The position numbers and the translations under genes were made by a program. From Octopus bimaculoides (lineage: Eukaryota): a DNA stretch of 64,000 nucleotides. Below are positions 11,284 to 22,460 of the stretch, piece by piece. Location of the stretch: contig NC_068982.1 in assembly GCF_001194135.2 (NCBI RefSeq), positions 93,161,064 through 93,225,063 of the forward strand, in the 5' to 3' direction. The notes under the pieces were generated by a model. It searched no databases, was not told the origin of the DNA, and saw only the letters and a list, made by a program, of their open reading frames with translations. Within the stretch, counting starts at the first letter, position 1, and each line of letters starts with the position of its first letter.

Positions 11284-13769
11284 CACTGGACAACAAAGAT
11301 TTTGCTACTGGGGTAAAAGCATGTGTTTTAGACTAAATCGAGGATGCCGATTCCGAATCCGCACTCAGAATTGTTCTAACACGTCAGGATTTTGAGTTAT
11401 GTGCATGCCCAAGATTATAACTGTACTTTCGGCTAGATATAAGCCGTATTATAAAATTTGCTAAAATGAAAGTGGTCTTAATTCAAAATTAAAAAAATAA
11501 CAGCGATAAAACAAACGATGAAAAAGTTCATTATTTAGTTTAGCAATAGATGGCGCTGATGTATTGTGTGCAAGCGCCAAATACGTCAGTTTTATTTCTT
11601 GGTAATTCCCATAGTCGTTTGCGCTGCCGTCACGTGTGGTATGTGTATCTCTTGCTCTGCGTGATTACTGTTTTAACTGTGTTCATTGCATTAGATCATG
11701 AATAGGAGAGGCTGTTTGAATCACCCAGACAACTTTTGTTATGTCTGAGGAAAATTTGCTCTGCAGAAGAACATTGCCACCAAATTAAAAACTATCTATG
11801 AATATTATTTCGGGTGTAAAGTTGGGGACCAAGACAAGAAGCGGGCACCTCATATATGCTGCACTGTGTGTTACTCAGAGCTTACACAGTGGCTGAATGG
11901 GGAAAACAGAAGGGAATGCCTTTTGTTGTACCAATGGTATGGCGTGAACCAACCAATTGTGTCTCTGATTGTTACTTTTGCATGACTAATATTAGGGGTT
12001 TCTCAAAGAAAACCAAAGCAAAAATTATGTATGCAGCTTGTAGGTCGGCTCTAAAACCGGTCCCACATGACTTCGAGAACCCTGTCCCAGTTTCCCTCTC
12101 ACATGATTCCCTTGATGACCTCGACACATCGCACGATGAACTCACTGACGAAGAGTACGTAGTTGATTCTAAGGAAAATAAGACGCGCTTGATTAATCAA
12201 GAAGATTTGAACGATTTAGTAAGAGACCTAGCATTGTCAAAGGAGAAGGCAGAATTTTGGGGATCCAGACTACAGCAACGGAACCTCCTACAGCAAAGTA
12301 CGAAAATTTCCATTTTCCGTTCTCACCAAGCAACCAATCATTGATTGAGACAGAGGATGATTTAGATGATAAAACTGAATATAAAGACCAAATAGATGAC
12401 AAGGATTTTGAAAATTCTCATTCATGTTCTTAAATTAAGTCAAAAACAACTGAATCATTTTGTCACAAGCAAGAAAATAATGCATGTTTCTGTACTCACG
12501 TTAATGCACTCATGCAAAAACTAGGACACTTACATGTGGCTAATAAATGGAGATTGTTTATAGACTGGAGTAAGGTTGTTGTCACATAATGGTAATGAAA
12601 AACCTTCCATTTCTGTGGGTCATGTCGGTCTGGAAGTAACTTATGAATCGATGGAACTCATTCTGAAAGGAGTTAATTACTCAGTTCATAAATGGAATGG
12701 TTGTGGTGATTTAAAGGTGATTTCCTTCCTCCTAGTACTGCAGCTGTGATATACCAAAAACATGTACTTCTTGTGTATTTGGAAAAGCCGCGACGGCAGC
12801 AATCATTACACTGTAAAAGACTGGCCTAAAAGAGATGAGCACATAATTGGTCGGTGCAATGTGCAGCATATGCCACTGATAGATCCGCAAAACATTTTCC
12901 TTCCACTCCTTCTCATCAAACTCGGCCTCATGAAAGACTTCGTAAAAGCAATGATACACGATAGTTGTGGCTTCCAGTATATAAAAAATAAAATTTGGTG
13001 CAGAGAAAAGTGATGCAAAACTGAAAACAGGTATTTTCATTGGACACGAGATCAGAGAATTGATGTCTGATAGCAAATTCAGAGGTAAACCGAATCTAGT
13101 TAAGCTGACGTCATGGGATTCATTCGTGTTAGTTGTGCAGAATTTTCTTGGAAATCATAGAGCTGAAAACTACGCTGATTTAATAAACAACATGCTAACA
13201 GTGTGTGAAAGAATGGGGTGCCGAATATCCCTAAAAATGCACTTCTTGCATTCTCATCTCGATTTTTTCCAACGAATCTTGGTGCCATTAGTGATGAGCA
13301 TGGTGAGAGGTTCCACCAGGACATATCTGAGATGGGAACGAAGTATCAAGGCCGGTTCAATCCACAGATGATGAGTGACTACTGCTGGTTCCTACAACGG
13401 GAGACCAGTACGACGCATAAACGCAACAGCAAGTGTCTCAAACATTTCTGAGCTGAGCATATCAAAAATAAAGTGAGTAGTCCCTTAACACAAACATACT
13501 ATGTACCATTATATTATAATACTATTTGCCTTGAACATAAATATACTATATTAAGTACTAATATACCACTACAATAATTATTTACCATGAACTTAACTAT
13601 TCCTATATAATTATGAGCATAACTGAAAACCCTGACGAGCTACAACAATTGTGAGTTCAGATTCGGAACCAGCGTATTTGATTTAGTTCAGTACAACACC
13701 ATTTGTCTGGGTTGAAGACAATAAATTGCTTTTTTTTTGTTTGTTTGTTGTTTTTTTTTTTGCCCAGTA
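11284..13769 (+). mobile_element. Chapaev3 (CMC superfamily) DNA transposon with disrupted transposase (11698-13451)
   Basis: TAA then CACTGGACAACAAAG at the left end and TTTGCCCAGTA at the right end, with ~100-bp imperfect subterminal inverted repeats. Transposase motifs MNRRGCLNHPDNFCY, GDQDK..APHICC..C, PMVWREP...DCYFC, WRLFID, HFLHSHLDFF, ERFHQDI..M..KYQG. Contains stops and frameshifts. Confidence 0.85.
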
Positions 13770-14003
13770 GATCGAACATCTTAAGAATGCTGGACAAACC
13801 CCTGAAGCCTTTTATAAAAGAAGTTTGATATATAAATGAATTTGAGAGTCATCGCGTGTGGGCCCAGTGCGTATCAGGAAATAACTCAGCACAAACATGG
13901 GCAAAATAAACGTTTTCTATTAATACTTGATTATATTTTCTTATATTGTGAAGGTTTCTCGTTCCAGCTTTTTACAATGTTAAGAATTCTACAAACTTTT
14001 AGT

Positions 14004-14135
14004 CAGGCACAAAGCCTGGAATTTGGGGGGAGGGGGTAAGTCGATTACATCGACTCCTGTTTTTCGCTGGTACTTACTTTATCAACCCCGAAAGAATGAA
14101 AGGCAAAGTCGACCCGGCGGAATTTGAACTCAGAA
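14004..14135 (-). mobile_element. SINE family A, 3' half
   Basis: GTCGATTACATCGAC palindrome and GGCGGAATTTGAACTCAGAA. Confidence 0.75.
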
Positions 14136-14159
14136 AATAATTTCATCCTGTTAATAAAA

Positions 14160-15740
14160 TCAAGTAGCAAGCTGAAGCAAACGTCATTTGATATTCCAAT
14201 GGCATGACGATAACAAAGCAGCTGTTCTACCTATAACTTCCTTTGTATTATTAATTTTGAGGGGTTCAATTAGAAAACTGCATAGTATGTCAGATATCCG
14301 TAAGGCCATAACCATATGACGATGAAATTCCTCCTGTACCAAGCAACCAATCATTGATTGAGACAGAGGATGATTTAGATGATAAAACTGAATATAAAGA
14401 CCAAATGGATGACAAGGATTTTGAAAATTCTCATTCATGTTCTTAAATTAAGTCAAAAACAACTGAATCATTTTGTTCGGAAATTGAAACTTTCCAAGAA
14501 TGATGCTTACCTGGCTGGAACAGTGCTCAGAGAATTTGTGCCTTAACCCAAGGAATCAAAACAACAGTATTCAAGCAGAGAGAAGAAATTTGTAGATGTT
14601 TTCGACACACATGATGAACTGGGATTGGTTTATTGTAAGAACATTACTGACTTGATGATGGCACTGGTAATTTCTTCTGATGTCTAGACAGATTGATGGT
14701 AGTGTTTCTAGCTTAGATGTAGTCCTTCATGTTGAGAATGGATACTCAAGGATTCCAGTGAGTTATTCTACGAAAGCAACGATTCATACAACACAATCAA
14801 GATGTTACTTTCTTTGATCAGGTTTGATGATTTCAAGTGGAAAGCTGGAGGTGACTTGAAGATCATAGGTTTTTTTTTTTTTAAACTGGAATGCAAAAGG
14901 GTTACATGGCGTTTTGCTGCTTTTTGTGCCTGTGGGACGACAGTCGGCAGGATTGGCCAGCACGTCATGAATGGAGACCAGGGAATAAAATCGTTCAATA
15001 AGTACCGCTGGTTTCACCTGAGCTAATTGTGTTACCATCACTACATATTAAACTTATAATCTTTGATGGGCAACCAGTCAAGTGGTTGAAAGATATCTTT
15101 GCTCGATTAAACGAAGTAAAAATTAAAGAAGGCCTGCTATTTGGACTGGGTACTCGCAAACAGATGAAGCATCAGATGTTCAGAGATTAATTGAATGAAG
15201 TTGATTGATGAATTTTTGATGCCGTGTTAAAGACAGTTAAAAACTTTCTAGGGAAGAACCGGAGCCCTAATTACAAGGCAATCATAACTGACCTATTGAA
15301 TTCGTTCAGTGCACAGGGTGTCAAAATGTCCCTGAAGCTTCACTTTTTAAAGATTTACTTAGATTTTTTTTCCTTGGATTCGAACAAGATCAGTGATGAG
15401 CAAGATGAAAGTTTTCATCAAATGATCACTAGTAATGAAACAAGGTGCCAAGGGCGAGTCGATCCTTGCTTGGTGGCAAACTTCTGCTGGCTTCACTCTT
15501 CTTGAATTCCATACTTCTGATCTTGACAGTGACATCAATGCTGTAACTTCTTTGCAGTAATTTTTTTCTTAGTGCATATTGTGAACATGTCTTTAATTAA
15601 TAAATTAAAGACATGTTCACAATATAAGACATTTTTGCTGTAAATGTAGCGTATGTGGAATATCTTGTAGATCAAAACATAGACGTGATGTGAATACAAA
15701 TTTGAGGTAGAATATAATTCAGCGTGGAATACAAAATAAG
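14160..15740 (+). mobile_element. Older, more decayed Chapaev3-like transposase remnant
   Basis: FDIPMA*R, SQKQLNHFVRKLKLSK, FKWKAGGDLKIIG, KMSLKLHFL...DEQDESFHQMITSNETRCQGRVDPCLVANFCW. Same motif order as 11698-13451. Confidence 0.75.
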
Positions 15741-16439
15741 TTAAGGTGAGTTTACATTAATGTGTTTGTGGGAATGTATATAGTTATTTTCGTGCTTTAC
15801 AAAGTTAATTAGGTTATGTGTCGTAGAAATAATATACATACATATTTTCTTGTTTTTTTTTAATTATTTTTTAAAAATCAATGGAATAATGTGTTGTAGA
15901 GTTAAATGTGTGTAAGCAGATAACTGGCCATCAGTCAAAATAAAAATCAGAAATTACTCTGTCGAGCTCAGACCAAGATTAACGCCCAGTTAAAAGACAG
16001 CGGGGAAAGAAAAAGGGCCAAAATAAAGAGCTTACCATGGATATCAGTAAGAAAGCCAGAGGTAGACTGCAGTTTTATTTCTGTTTAGGTAATAAACGGT
16101 AACTCACAGACTACTAGTTTTTGATTGGCTAAAATCTCCAGTTGGTTAAAATTTCTGATTGACTAAAAAACACAGGTAATGAAACCGTGAAAGCAATATG
16201 TCAGTCGTAGAATGGAATCGCTATAGATATCACTTCTGCTTAAAATAATGAAGACTATGTGTATCTTGGCGAAAGGGAAACTACATCTAATATAAATAAA
16301 ATATATAAATTAACTAAACTAAATTCAAACCCAAGAATTCATCGGCGTGTAGAATTAGGAATAACCAAGGAATGAAGGTAAAATATTAAGAAAGGTATAG
16401 CTTATATCAGTGTGAATGTGTGTTGCTTTTTCACCCCTT

Positions 16440-16610
16440 GACAAAAATGAATGCAAATTTGGTTCGGTATTTAAGAAGTTGCACCCACGTAGTTCCTAGC
16501 TTGATTTTACAGCACGGTCCTTCGAGAAAGGGCTTTCTACCATAGCTTCGTGTTAACCGATATTTTGAGAGTGAAATTTGATAGATTGAATCAGTGCCGA
16601 AACTTAGCGT
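16440..16610 (+). mobile_element. Diverged tRNA-derived SINE family C fragment
   Basis: Resembles the reverse complement of 60720-60862. A (GCGT)n tract follows. Confidence 0.4.
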
Positions 16611-17337
16611 GCGTGCGTGCGCGCGCGCGTGTGTGCGTGCGTGCGTGCGTGCATGCGAGCTAGCGAGCGTGCGTGCACACGCATTCCGGATATTCTCAAT
16701 TAAAAAGAAAACAGGAAAAATATGGCTCAATTAAGTAGTCGATGCATAGTAAAGACGTAGAGTTTGTATCTTCATGATTATTTTAATCTTTCCTATAAAT
16801 GTATTTTTGACTTAATATTTGACTTCTTCTTTTTATCACATGACTAGAACTGATTAAAAAAAGTAGAAACAAAGTTCCATCTTGAAGTTTATTTAACAAA
16901 ACGATATGTACTACAAGTTGAACTTCAGAAAAGTCTGGCAAAATTCTATTCCTCTGCTTACCGATTGTATTTGTAAATTGCGTATTTATTAGCTGGTGAC
17001 TTCTTAACTAAGTGCACCAATAATTCTCAGTATAAGCGGGAATTTATTATCAAGGTAGAGAATCTGCAGGTTTCGAAGCAGTGGCTCATTGAATACCTTC
17101 CATCGCAGAGACTTTAAATGAAAATGTTCACATTTACAGGGCAATTGACCCCTATGATTTTTATATGATTATTTTTTTTTTTTTTTGTTCTGTCCCACAT
17201 ACCTATATTAGGGCTATTATGTCTGCATTAAACAGAAGTCTTGATGGAAATGTTTTCCCGATATTACTCACGCTGATATCCATGAATTCATTAAGAAGGA
17301 TATTGCCTATATTTATCCAAGAGCAGACTAGCCTCTT

Positions 17338-17537
17338 AAAAGTGTCAAGATATTACTTCCCATTACGGTTACACAGTATCAAATGCTATCTGTACAGATA
17401 GCATTTGATACTATGTTAGCTACATTGAACTGTTATCTTGGTACTTCACACAATATCAAATGTTATCTGCACAGATAACATTTGATACTGTGTTAGCAAC
17501 ATTGAACCGTAATGGAAAGTAATACCTTGACACTTTT
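17338..17537. repeat. 200-bp nested palindrome (33-bp outer inverted repeats enclosing two tandem 46-bp hairpins); candidate MITE
   Basis: AAAAGTGTCAAGATATTACTTCCCATTACGGTT versus AACCGTAATGGAAAGTAATACCTTGACACTTTT (2 mismatches). Internal palindromes at 17371-17416 and 17448-17493. Confidence 0.85.
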
Positions 17538-17553
17538 GCGTAGCTGCTGATTA

Positions 17554-18382
17554 CAGTAATCCCTCGACTATCGTACGTATTACATTTCAAAACCCACCGC
17601 GTTAGGTGAAAATCCGCGAGGTAGAAACAGTACTGTACTGTATATTTTTTTCAAGCTTTTATAAACTCTCCGCACACTCTTAGGAGTACTCGTAACTTCA
17701 CTTTTTTTGCCGGTGAGGAACATAGTGATGGACACTTGCTGGTGCTGTCTTTTCTTCTGTGTAAGGGTTTTTATATAAACTTCCGTGGCTCTGTCGATTG
17801 CAACGCGCAAATCATCTGGGGATCCCAATCTTCCACCATTCTCTGAAGTTCTTTTGGCGGCCTACATCTGCATACCTTCTCCCTTCCTTAAGCATGTCGA
17901 GGAGTCTCACCTTCTCTGCTATAGTAAGCATCTTCCTCTGGCACTTGGGTTCACTGCCAGAAGCCTTAGAAGGTCCAGAACGTTTGGGCGATATTGTAGG
18001 GCTTAAAATAAAATCACAATCTCACACACAAAGGTAAAACAACACCACACACTCGCCCTCCCTGTTTTCCATACGGTATGTGCGGTTTCTTGTTTACTCA
18101 TCTATGGTACACTACGTATTTTCTTTTAATATATTTTATTTGACGTATTATACAGTGCAGTACTGTACTGTATTTTTATTTATTAATTTATTAATTTTTA
18201 GGTGTGAAAATGCTCATTTTACCGCAGAAGTAATTAAAATCTAAAAAAATATAAACACCTATCGGCCGAAGAAACTCGCGATATACTGAGGAGTCCGCGA
18301 TATAAATTTACATGTTAGCCAGAAAAATCTGCGATGTATTGAGAGCGCGATAGGTGAACCGCGATATAGCGACTGATTACCG
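17554..18382 (-). mobile_element. Tigger/pogo-like internally deleted DNA transposon
   Basis: TA|CAGTAATCCCTCGACTATCG ... CGATATAGCGACTGATTACCG|TA (TIRs with TA TSD). Minus strand encodes the N-terminal HTH (SEPKCQRKMLTIAEKVRLLDMLKEGR) joined directly to the C-terminal tail (LTQKKRQHQQVSITMF). Confidence 0.85.
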
Positions 18383-18624
18383 TATATGTGCTATATTTTA
18401 CACATAACGTGCATTTTAGGTCATATTCTAGAAGGTTTAAAGGTTTCATTGTCTTTTATGATCTCTTTTAATCATTATATATTTCGTAGTTATTTCCTAG
18501 TCTTGAATTCTACGAGCATGACCTTACAATGTAATATAGTGTGACGGTCACGAGCCCAAGGGAAGCTGCACTTCAGTACTAGCACCATCAAGTTTACGTG
18601 AAACATATCTACGCATAAAACAAT

Positions 18625-18832
18625 ATTCTTTTCAACTCTAGACACAAGGCTAGAAATTTTGGGGGAGGGGGCCAGTCGATTAGATCACTCCCAGTACTCA
18701 ACTGGTACTTAAATTATCGACTCCGAGAGGCAAAGTGGATCTCGGCGGAATTTGAACTCAGAACGTAAAGACAGACGAAATACCGCTATGCATTTCGCCC
18801 GGTGTGCTAACGTTTCTGCCAGCTCGCCACCT
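18625..18832 (-). mobile_element. SINE family A, near full length
   Basis: Reverse complement of the family A head and body. Confidence 0.85.
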
Positions 18833-19155
18833 TCAAACTATATTGTGGTGTGCTGGATTTTTTTCTCTTCCAGGTCTTTGTTGGGGCATGCATGTATTTA
18901 TCATGTAGGTATTTATCGTACATATTATGTCGTTTTACACACGCATACACACATACACATATGCATACATACTAGCGTACATACATGTATATACATAATA
19001 ACATACATACATGCATACATATATATATATAAAAGAAGAAAAAGAAAATGGAGATTGGGAAGTTAATAATTGTTTATTACTAACAGCAAATTAATCATCT
19101 TTACTTACAACTGTTTCAATTAATTCTCCGTAAATATTAAGTAAATATTAAATTT

Positions 19156-19369
19156 ATATACATTATTTACATTTGACGGATATTTGTCCTCATTTTGTTT
19201 GTTGTTAACATAACGTTGATATACCCTCCAGCCTTCATCAGGGTTCTCATTCCTAAGGTATTTTTTCGATGTTATTATTATTATTATTATTATTCAGGTC
19301 ACTGCTTGGAATCGAACTCGGAATCTTGGGGTTAGTAACCCGCGCTCTTAACCACTACGCCATATGCCC
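19156..19369 (-). mobile_element. tRNA-head/HHR-tail SINE (family D), copy A; ribozyme disrupted by two deletions
   Basis: Minus strand GGGCATATGGCGTAGTGGTTAAGAGCGCGGG..GAGTTCGATTCC, (AAT)n linker, then tail. Lacks the stem I 5' strand and GCCGAA relative to 21734-21975. Confidence 0.85.
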
Positions 19370-19422
<53 letters not shown>

Positions 19423-19568
19423 TAATAATATCAAAAAATACCTTAGGAATGAGAACCCAGGTTCGAAATTTTCCCAAGACACCTGATAAAAGCTGGAGGG
19501 TATATCAGCCGAAACGTTGTGTTAACAGCAAACAAAATGAGGACAAATATCCGTCAAACGTAAATAAT
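19370..19568 (+). mobile_element. Family D copy B (headless, inverted partner of copy A), runs into an N-gap
   Basis: (AAT)n then CCTTAGGAATGAGAACCCAGG..GACACCTGATAAAAGCTGGAGGGTATATCAGCCGAAACGTTGTG. The core reads CTGATAA rather than CTGATGA. Confidence 0.85.
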
Positions 19569-20902
19569 NNNNNNNNNNNNNNNNNNNNNNNNNNNNNNNN
19601 NNNNNNNNNNNNNNNNNNNNNNNNNNNNNNNNNNNNNNNNNNNNNNNNNNNNNNNNNNNNNNNNNNNNNNNNNNNNNNNNNNNNNNNNNNNNNNNNNNNN
19701 NNNNNNNNNNNNNNNNNNNNNNNNNNNNNNNNNNNNNNNNNNNNNNNNNNNNNNNNNNNNNNNNNNNNNNNNNNNNNNNNNNNNNNNNNNNNNNNNNNNN
19801 NNNNNNNNNNNNNNNNNNNNNNNNNNNNNNNNNNNNNNNNNNNNNNNNNNNNNNNNNNNNNNNNNNNNNNNNNNNNNNNNNNNNNNNNNNNNNNNNNNNN
19901 NNNNNNNNNNNNNNNNNNNNNNNNNNNNNNNNNNNNNNNNNNNNNNNNNNNNNNNNNNNNNNNNNNNNNNNNNNNNNNNNNNNNNNNNNNNNNNNNNNNN
20001 NNNNNNNNNNNNNNNNNNNNNNNNNNNNNNNNNNNNNNNNNNNNNNNNNNNNNNNNNNNNNNNNNNNNNNNNNNNNNNNNNNNNNNNNNNNNNNNNNNNN
20101 NNNNNNNNNNNNNNNNNNNNNNNNNNNNNNNNNNNNNNNNNNNNNNNNNNNNNNNNNNNNNNNNNNNNNNNNNNNNNNNNNNNNNNNNNNNNNNNNNNNN
20201 NNNNNNNNNNNNNNNNNNNNNNNNNNNNNNNNNNNNNNNNNNNNNNNNNNNNNNNNNNNNNNNNNNNNNNNNNNNNNNNNNNNNNNNNNNNNNNNNNNNN
20301 NNNNNNNNNNNNNNNNNNNNNNNNNNNNNNNNNNNNNNNNNNNNNNNNNNNNNNNNNNNNNNNNNNNNNNNNNNNNNNNNNNNNNNNNNNNNNNNNNNNN
20401 NNNNNNNNNNNNNNNNNNNNNNATACATATATGTATATATATATATAATACAATTTGAGAAAAAAGCTTTCCTATTATTTCATTTTATTTTATTACATAT
20501 TATTTTATTTATTTATTTATTTATTTATTACTATAAAACACGAAAATAACAGTAAATGAAAGAATGAGCAAAGTTTTGCCCTCAAAACATTCTTAATTTG
20601 CATAGCAATTTGGTTCTACAACAAACAAAATTGCACTCCTGTCATAAGCAATGACCCTCATCCCATAGCAGACAGCCTATTCTCCGTACAAACAGAAAGA
20701 CAACACCAATCAAACTCCAAACACATTTTCTGCCCACATTCTTTGCATAGTCTACACAGTATCATGTATCTAGGCGGAATGCCACCAATGTGGTACCCAC
20801 AAATGCTTACAAAGAGAGAAAAATGATCAACTTTATTTTTGAAAACCATAACAAACTCTATAGTTGTCTTTACAAACATTTCAGTGTTACAGCTTACCTC
20901 TG

Positions 20903-20998
20903 CCTTCTTCTTCTTCTTCTTCTTCTTCTTCTTCTTCTTCTTCTTCTTCTTCTTCTTCTTCTTCTTCTTCTTCTTCTTCTTCTTCTTCTTCTTCTTCT
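20903..20998. repeat. (CTT)n microsatellite
   Basis: Pure CTT tract of about 32 units. Confidence 0.95.
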
Positions 20999-21461
20999 CA
21001 AGAAGAAACTGTAGAACATTTCATATTATTTAATCCCGTCCCTTGATATTCAAATTTCAAACCACGCCGGGGGTCAGTTTGGCTTTTCATTCCTCGGGCC
21101 TTGTATATAATAAGAGGCATGCATTATGATCGATCCAGTTCTTTCTCGCCAGCAGTATTGTCCTGGACCCACAAACTACTAAACACTGACTCACTACAAC
21201 CCAGTAGCTCAGCCCACATAACTGTATACTTGAACTAGATAGTGTGACACATCATGGTCATAAATCACTGTGGCGCTGTATAATACATGTCATTCATTAG
21301 CTTGTAATCTTGTTGAGTTACCACCTTTAATGAGCATAGCGGAGAAAGGAGGAGAAAGAGAGGAGAAAGATGGTGAGCGAGAGAGTAATATGACTTGTTC
21401 ATTGTAGGTTTCTAAATAAACAGAAATACTTAATAAAATCAACATGTATCATCTTACTGTT

Positions 21462-21733
21462 CTATATTTAAGAGATGAGGAATTAAGTACAATATTTACA
21501 TTATTTACATTTGACATATATTTGTCCTCATCTTGTTTGTGTTAACACAACGTTTCGGCCGATATACACTCCAGCCTTCATCAGGTGTCTTGGGGAAATT
21601 TCGAACCTGGGTTCTCATTCCTAAGATATTTTTCGGTGTTGTTGTTGTTGTTGTTGTTGTTATTCAGGTCACTGCCTGGAATCGAACTCGGAATCTTAGG
21701 GTTAGTTGCCCACGCTCTTAACCACAATGCCAT
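21462..21733 (-). mobile_element. Family D SINE copy C (left arm of palindromic dimer)
   Basis: Reverse complement of 21734-21975, with a longer tail (..AATTCCTCATCTCTTAAATATAG). Confidence 0.9.
21544..21589 (-). ncRNA. Minimal type I hammerhead ribozyme motif
   Basis: GACAC-CUGAUGA-A-GGCUG(loop)CGGCC-GAAAC-GU-U-GUGUU. Stem I 5 bp, stem II 5 bp with one G-U, palindromic ACGU in place of stem III. Confidence 0.75.
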
Positions 21734-21975
21734 GGGCATACGGCGTAGTGGTTAAGAGCGCGGGCTACTTACCCCAAGATTCCGAGTTCGATTCCAGGCA
21801 GTAACCTGAATAATAATAATAATAATAACATCGAAAAATACCTTAGGAATGAGAACCCAGGTTCGAAGTTTCCCAAAGACACCTGATGAAGGCTGGAGTG
21901 TATATCAGCCGAAACGTTGTGTTAACAACAAACAAGATGGGGACAAATATCCGTCAAATGTAAATAATGTAAATA
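21734..21975 (+). mobile_element. Family D SINE copy D (right arm of palindromic dimer)
   Basis: tRNA-like head (A box GGCGTAGTGG, B box GTTCGATTC), (AAT)n linker and HHR-bearing tail. Confidence 0.9.
21878..21923 (+). ncRNA. Minimal type I hammerhead ribozyme motif
   Basis: GACAC(21878-82) CUGAUGA(21883-89) A GGCUG gaguguauau CAGCC GAAAC GU U(21918) GUGUU. Confidence 0.8.
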
Positions 21976-22178
21976 ATGTATCATCTTACTGTTTCTTTTG
22001 CCTCTTCATTGATTGTATGTTCTTTTAGTTTTTTTTTTTAGTTTATATTTGCATGTGTTTACTTTATGCGTATTTCAGTATCATGTATACCTGTCATGTA
22101 TTCGTGTACATCATTAATATATAAGTGCATGTGGATGTATGTATTCATATATAAGTTTATATGTACATTCATGCATTC

Positions 22179-22223
<45 letters not shown>

Positions 22224-22294
22224 AGCGTCTGTCTCCCAAACTCCAAAGCTGAGTAATGTTTTCATGTTTGGATTGTAAACTAAGATAAGAATAA

Positions 22295-22460
22295 CACTGG
22301 TCAACAAAGATATTTGTCCCAAGGAAAAGAATACCTGTATCCTATGCGTTTTTGCATGCAGAATTCAAGAATAATGTCAAATTATCTGTATTTCCCACGG
22401 TTTCTCTGCTCCACGATATTCCTGTCAGTTCCATTTACGTGGACTAAATTTCAGTTAAGC
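22295..22460 (+). mobile_element. Orphan Chapaev3-like left terminus
   Basis: TAA|CACTGGTCAACAAAGATATTTG closely matches TAA|CACTGGACAACAAAGATTTTG at 11281. No partner right TIR found. Confidence 0.45.

Noticed and set aside
20658-20879. Cys-rich 73-aa minus-strand ORF as a possible host exon
   Set aside because: No recognisable domain, no convincing splice sites, no neighbouring exons.
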